In this document: positions 62,057-64,000 of the stretch, piece after piece
How the letters are laid out: every line of letters begins with the position of its first letter
Numbering within the stretch: position 1 is the first letter of the stretch
The notes under the pieces: generated by a model
Databases searched by the model: none
Told to the model about the DNA's origin: nothing
The model's input: the letters and a program-made list of their open reading frames with translations, nothing else
NCBI GenBank assembly: GCA_013239625.1
Contig: MU053365.1
Span: 1,398,115-1,462,114 of the forward strand
Length of the DNA: 64,000 bases
Direction of reading: 5' to 3'
Origin: Lama guanicoe
Lineage: Eukaryota
Made by a program: the position numbers and the translations under genes

Positions 62057-63435
62057 TTTAATATTTTAATTGTGAAAAGGGTTTAGATCCTCAGGAAATT
62101 TCAAAAACAGTATATAGAAGTTCCATATATCTTTTACCCAACTTCTCCCAATGTTAACATCTTGCATAATGATAGTACAATATCAAAGCCAAGAAACTGA
62201 TATTAGTACACTCCAAAGAGCTTATTCAGATTTTACCAGTTTTACATGCATTCATTTGTGTGTATGTGTGTAGTTTTATGCAATTTTATCACACATATAG
62301 ATTTATGCAACTACCACCATAATCTAGATACAGAACTGTACCATCATCACAAAGATTTCTCCTGTTTATCCCTTATATTCACACCCACATCCTCCCACCC
62401 CATCACTAATGCCTGACAATTACTAATGTCTTCACTATCTCTATCCTTTTGTCATTCTGAGAATGGCATGTAAATAGAAATCATATACTATGTGACCATT
62501 CCAATTGGCTCTTTGCATTCAGTATATCTTTGAGGTACATTCAAGTTGTTGAGTGTATCACTGATCTGTTACTTTTTTATGGCTCAGTAATATTCCATGG
62601 TACAGATGTAAACATTTTGTTTAACCTTTTACCTTTTGGAGGACACCTGGGCTTTGTTTCCAGTTTTCAGGTGTTGTAAATAAAGCTGTTAAAAACATTT
62701 GTGTACACATTTTTATGTGGGCATGACTCGTCATTTCTTTGGAGCAATTCCTCAAGACTGCAATTGCCAGGTCATATGTTAAGCATATCTTTAGTTTTGA
62801 AAGAGAGTACTAACTGTTTTCCAGAGTGGCTGAATCATTTTACATTCTCACCAGCAATGGATGAGTGATCTGGTGTCTTTACATCCTTGCCAGCATTTGG
62901 TGTTCTCATTATTTTTCACTTTAAGCATTCTGAAGGTGTGTAGTGATATCTCCTCACTGTGATTTTAATTTGCATTTCTCCAGTGATGTTGAACATCTTT
63001 CCAAATGCTTCTTTGCTATCCTATGTTCTCTTCAGTGAAATGTCTGTTCCTTGTTCATATCTTTTGTCCATTTTATAAATGGATTTTTTCCAGTTGAATG
63101 TTAAGTGTTCTTTATATTTTCTAGAAAGGTATCATATCTAGATATGTGGTTTATAAATATTTTTCGCATCTGTAAACTTGTATTTTCATTCCTCTGACAG
63201 GGTCTTCTGCAGATCAAAAGTCTTTAATTTTGATGAAGTCTACTTTATCCATTTTTTATTTTGTGTGTTAGGCTTCTGGTGCCATCTCTCAGAATTCTTC
63301 ATTTAGCCCTACGTCCTGAAGGTTTAGTCCTATGGCTTCTTCTAAAAGTTTTATCATTTTGCATTTTACATTTAGGCCTATGATCCATTTTGAGTTAATT
63401 TTGTGTAAAGTGCAAGGTTTAGGTGGAGGTATTTT
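62057..63435 (-). mobile_element. L1MD-like 3' portion
   Basis: ttctcccaatgttaacatcttgcataat...aactgttttccagagtggctgaatcattttacattctcaccagcaatg...tatgatccattttgagttaatttt. Confidence 0.88.
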
Positions 63436-64000
63436 TAACGCCCCCCCACCCCCGCCACCATGGATTTCTAGTAATTTTTAATTCAAAGGAATGCTATTCA
63501 ACAATAATTTATGTGTTTATATTGTGAGTAATTTCCCAGAAATTCTTTATACAAGCATAATTCTTGGTAATTTCACTATCTTGGTGTTCCAAACAGTGCT
63601 GGGCTGAATGTAGAAGCTCAGTAAATGCTTGGTTAAGGAGGCAGAAAGTTCTGGGTTCGAATTTCCCACTCATTTGGGAAACATTGAACAAGACACTTAC
63701 AAAATTGGATAACAATGCCTGCTTCGTCTCTCTCACGATCAAATTAAATACTGTATGTAAAAGTTGTTTTAAACAATTAAATGCTTTTTAAATTGTAAAG
63801 TACTTAAACACCTGTAAGATGATAATGGATTTTATTAGTTAGCATAATAGAACAGTGCTATAACCCAAATGTTTGTGGCTGTCTCCCTAGCTCTTCCTCA
63901 TCTTCAAAGGGACAGTATTCCCTGGCCTACAGGAGTAATCAGAAGGCTTGGCTTTGCTCTTTTGTTTCCTACCTTTTCTGTCTTTTTGTGGTAGCTGTCT

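Noticed and set aside
1..64000. CRISPR array, operon or other prokaryotic-type system; remaining short ORFs in the track
   Set aside because: The sequence is clearly mammalian; no repeat-spacer array; the remaining ORFs are short, often non-ATG, and lie in repeats or microsatellites

Overview
Mammalian, repeat-dense, AT-rich non-coding DNA. It is very probably camelid (camel/alpaca/llama), judged from a tRNA-Ala-derived vic-1-type SINE at about 26.9-27.06 kb and young L1 3' ends, with no BovB, Bov-tA or PRE-1 recognised. A large share is recognisable transposon remnant: L1 of many ages, L2, L3/CR1, MIR, MLT/LTR16, Tigger2a/MER2, MER3/MER33/MER58 and a Zaphod-like hAT. Most L1 copies are on the minus strand, as expected inside a long intron of a plus-strand gene that I cannot name. 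No intact protein-coding gene, tRNA, rRNA or CRISPR array is supported. The only ORFs with recognisable homology are broken L1 ORF1/ORF2 fragments. Best observations: (1) a 5'-inverted (twin-primed) L1 inside a MIR, with a 12-bp TSD and two perfect 20-22 bp fold-back inverted repeats where the poly(A) tail should be (42.04-43.09 kb); (2) an L1 3' transduction inside a 12-bp TSD (32.41-32.88 kb); (3) an L1 with intact 5'UTR and ORF1 span but most of ORF2 deleted (47.6-51.15 kb); (4) a small CpG-rich promoter-like island at 9.5-9.7 kb with a minus-strand splice donor; (5) three candidate plus-strand exons (9.85, 46.1 and 59.8 kb); (6) a tandem pair of CTCF-like motifs at 43.8 kb. I see no evidence for a wholly new biological system. 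Repeat family names come from recalled consensus sequences, and boundaries of old repeats are approximate.
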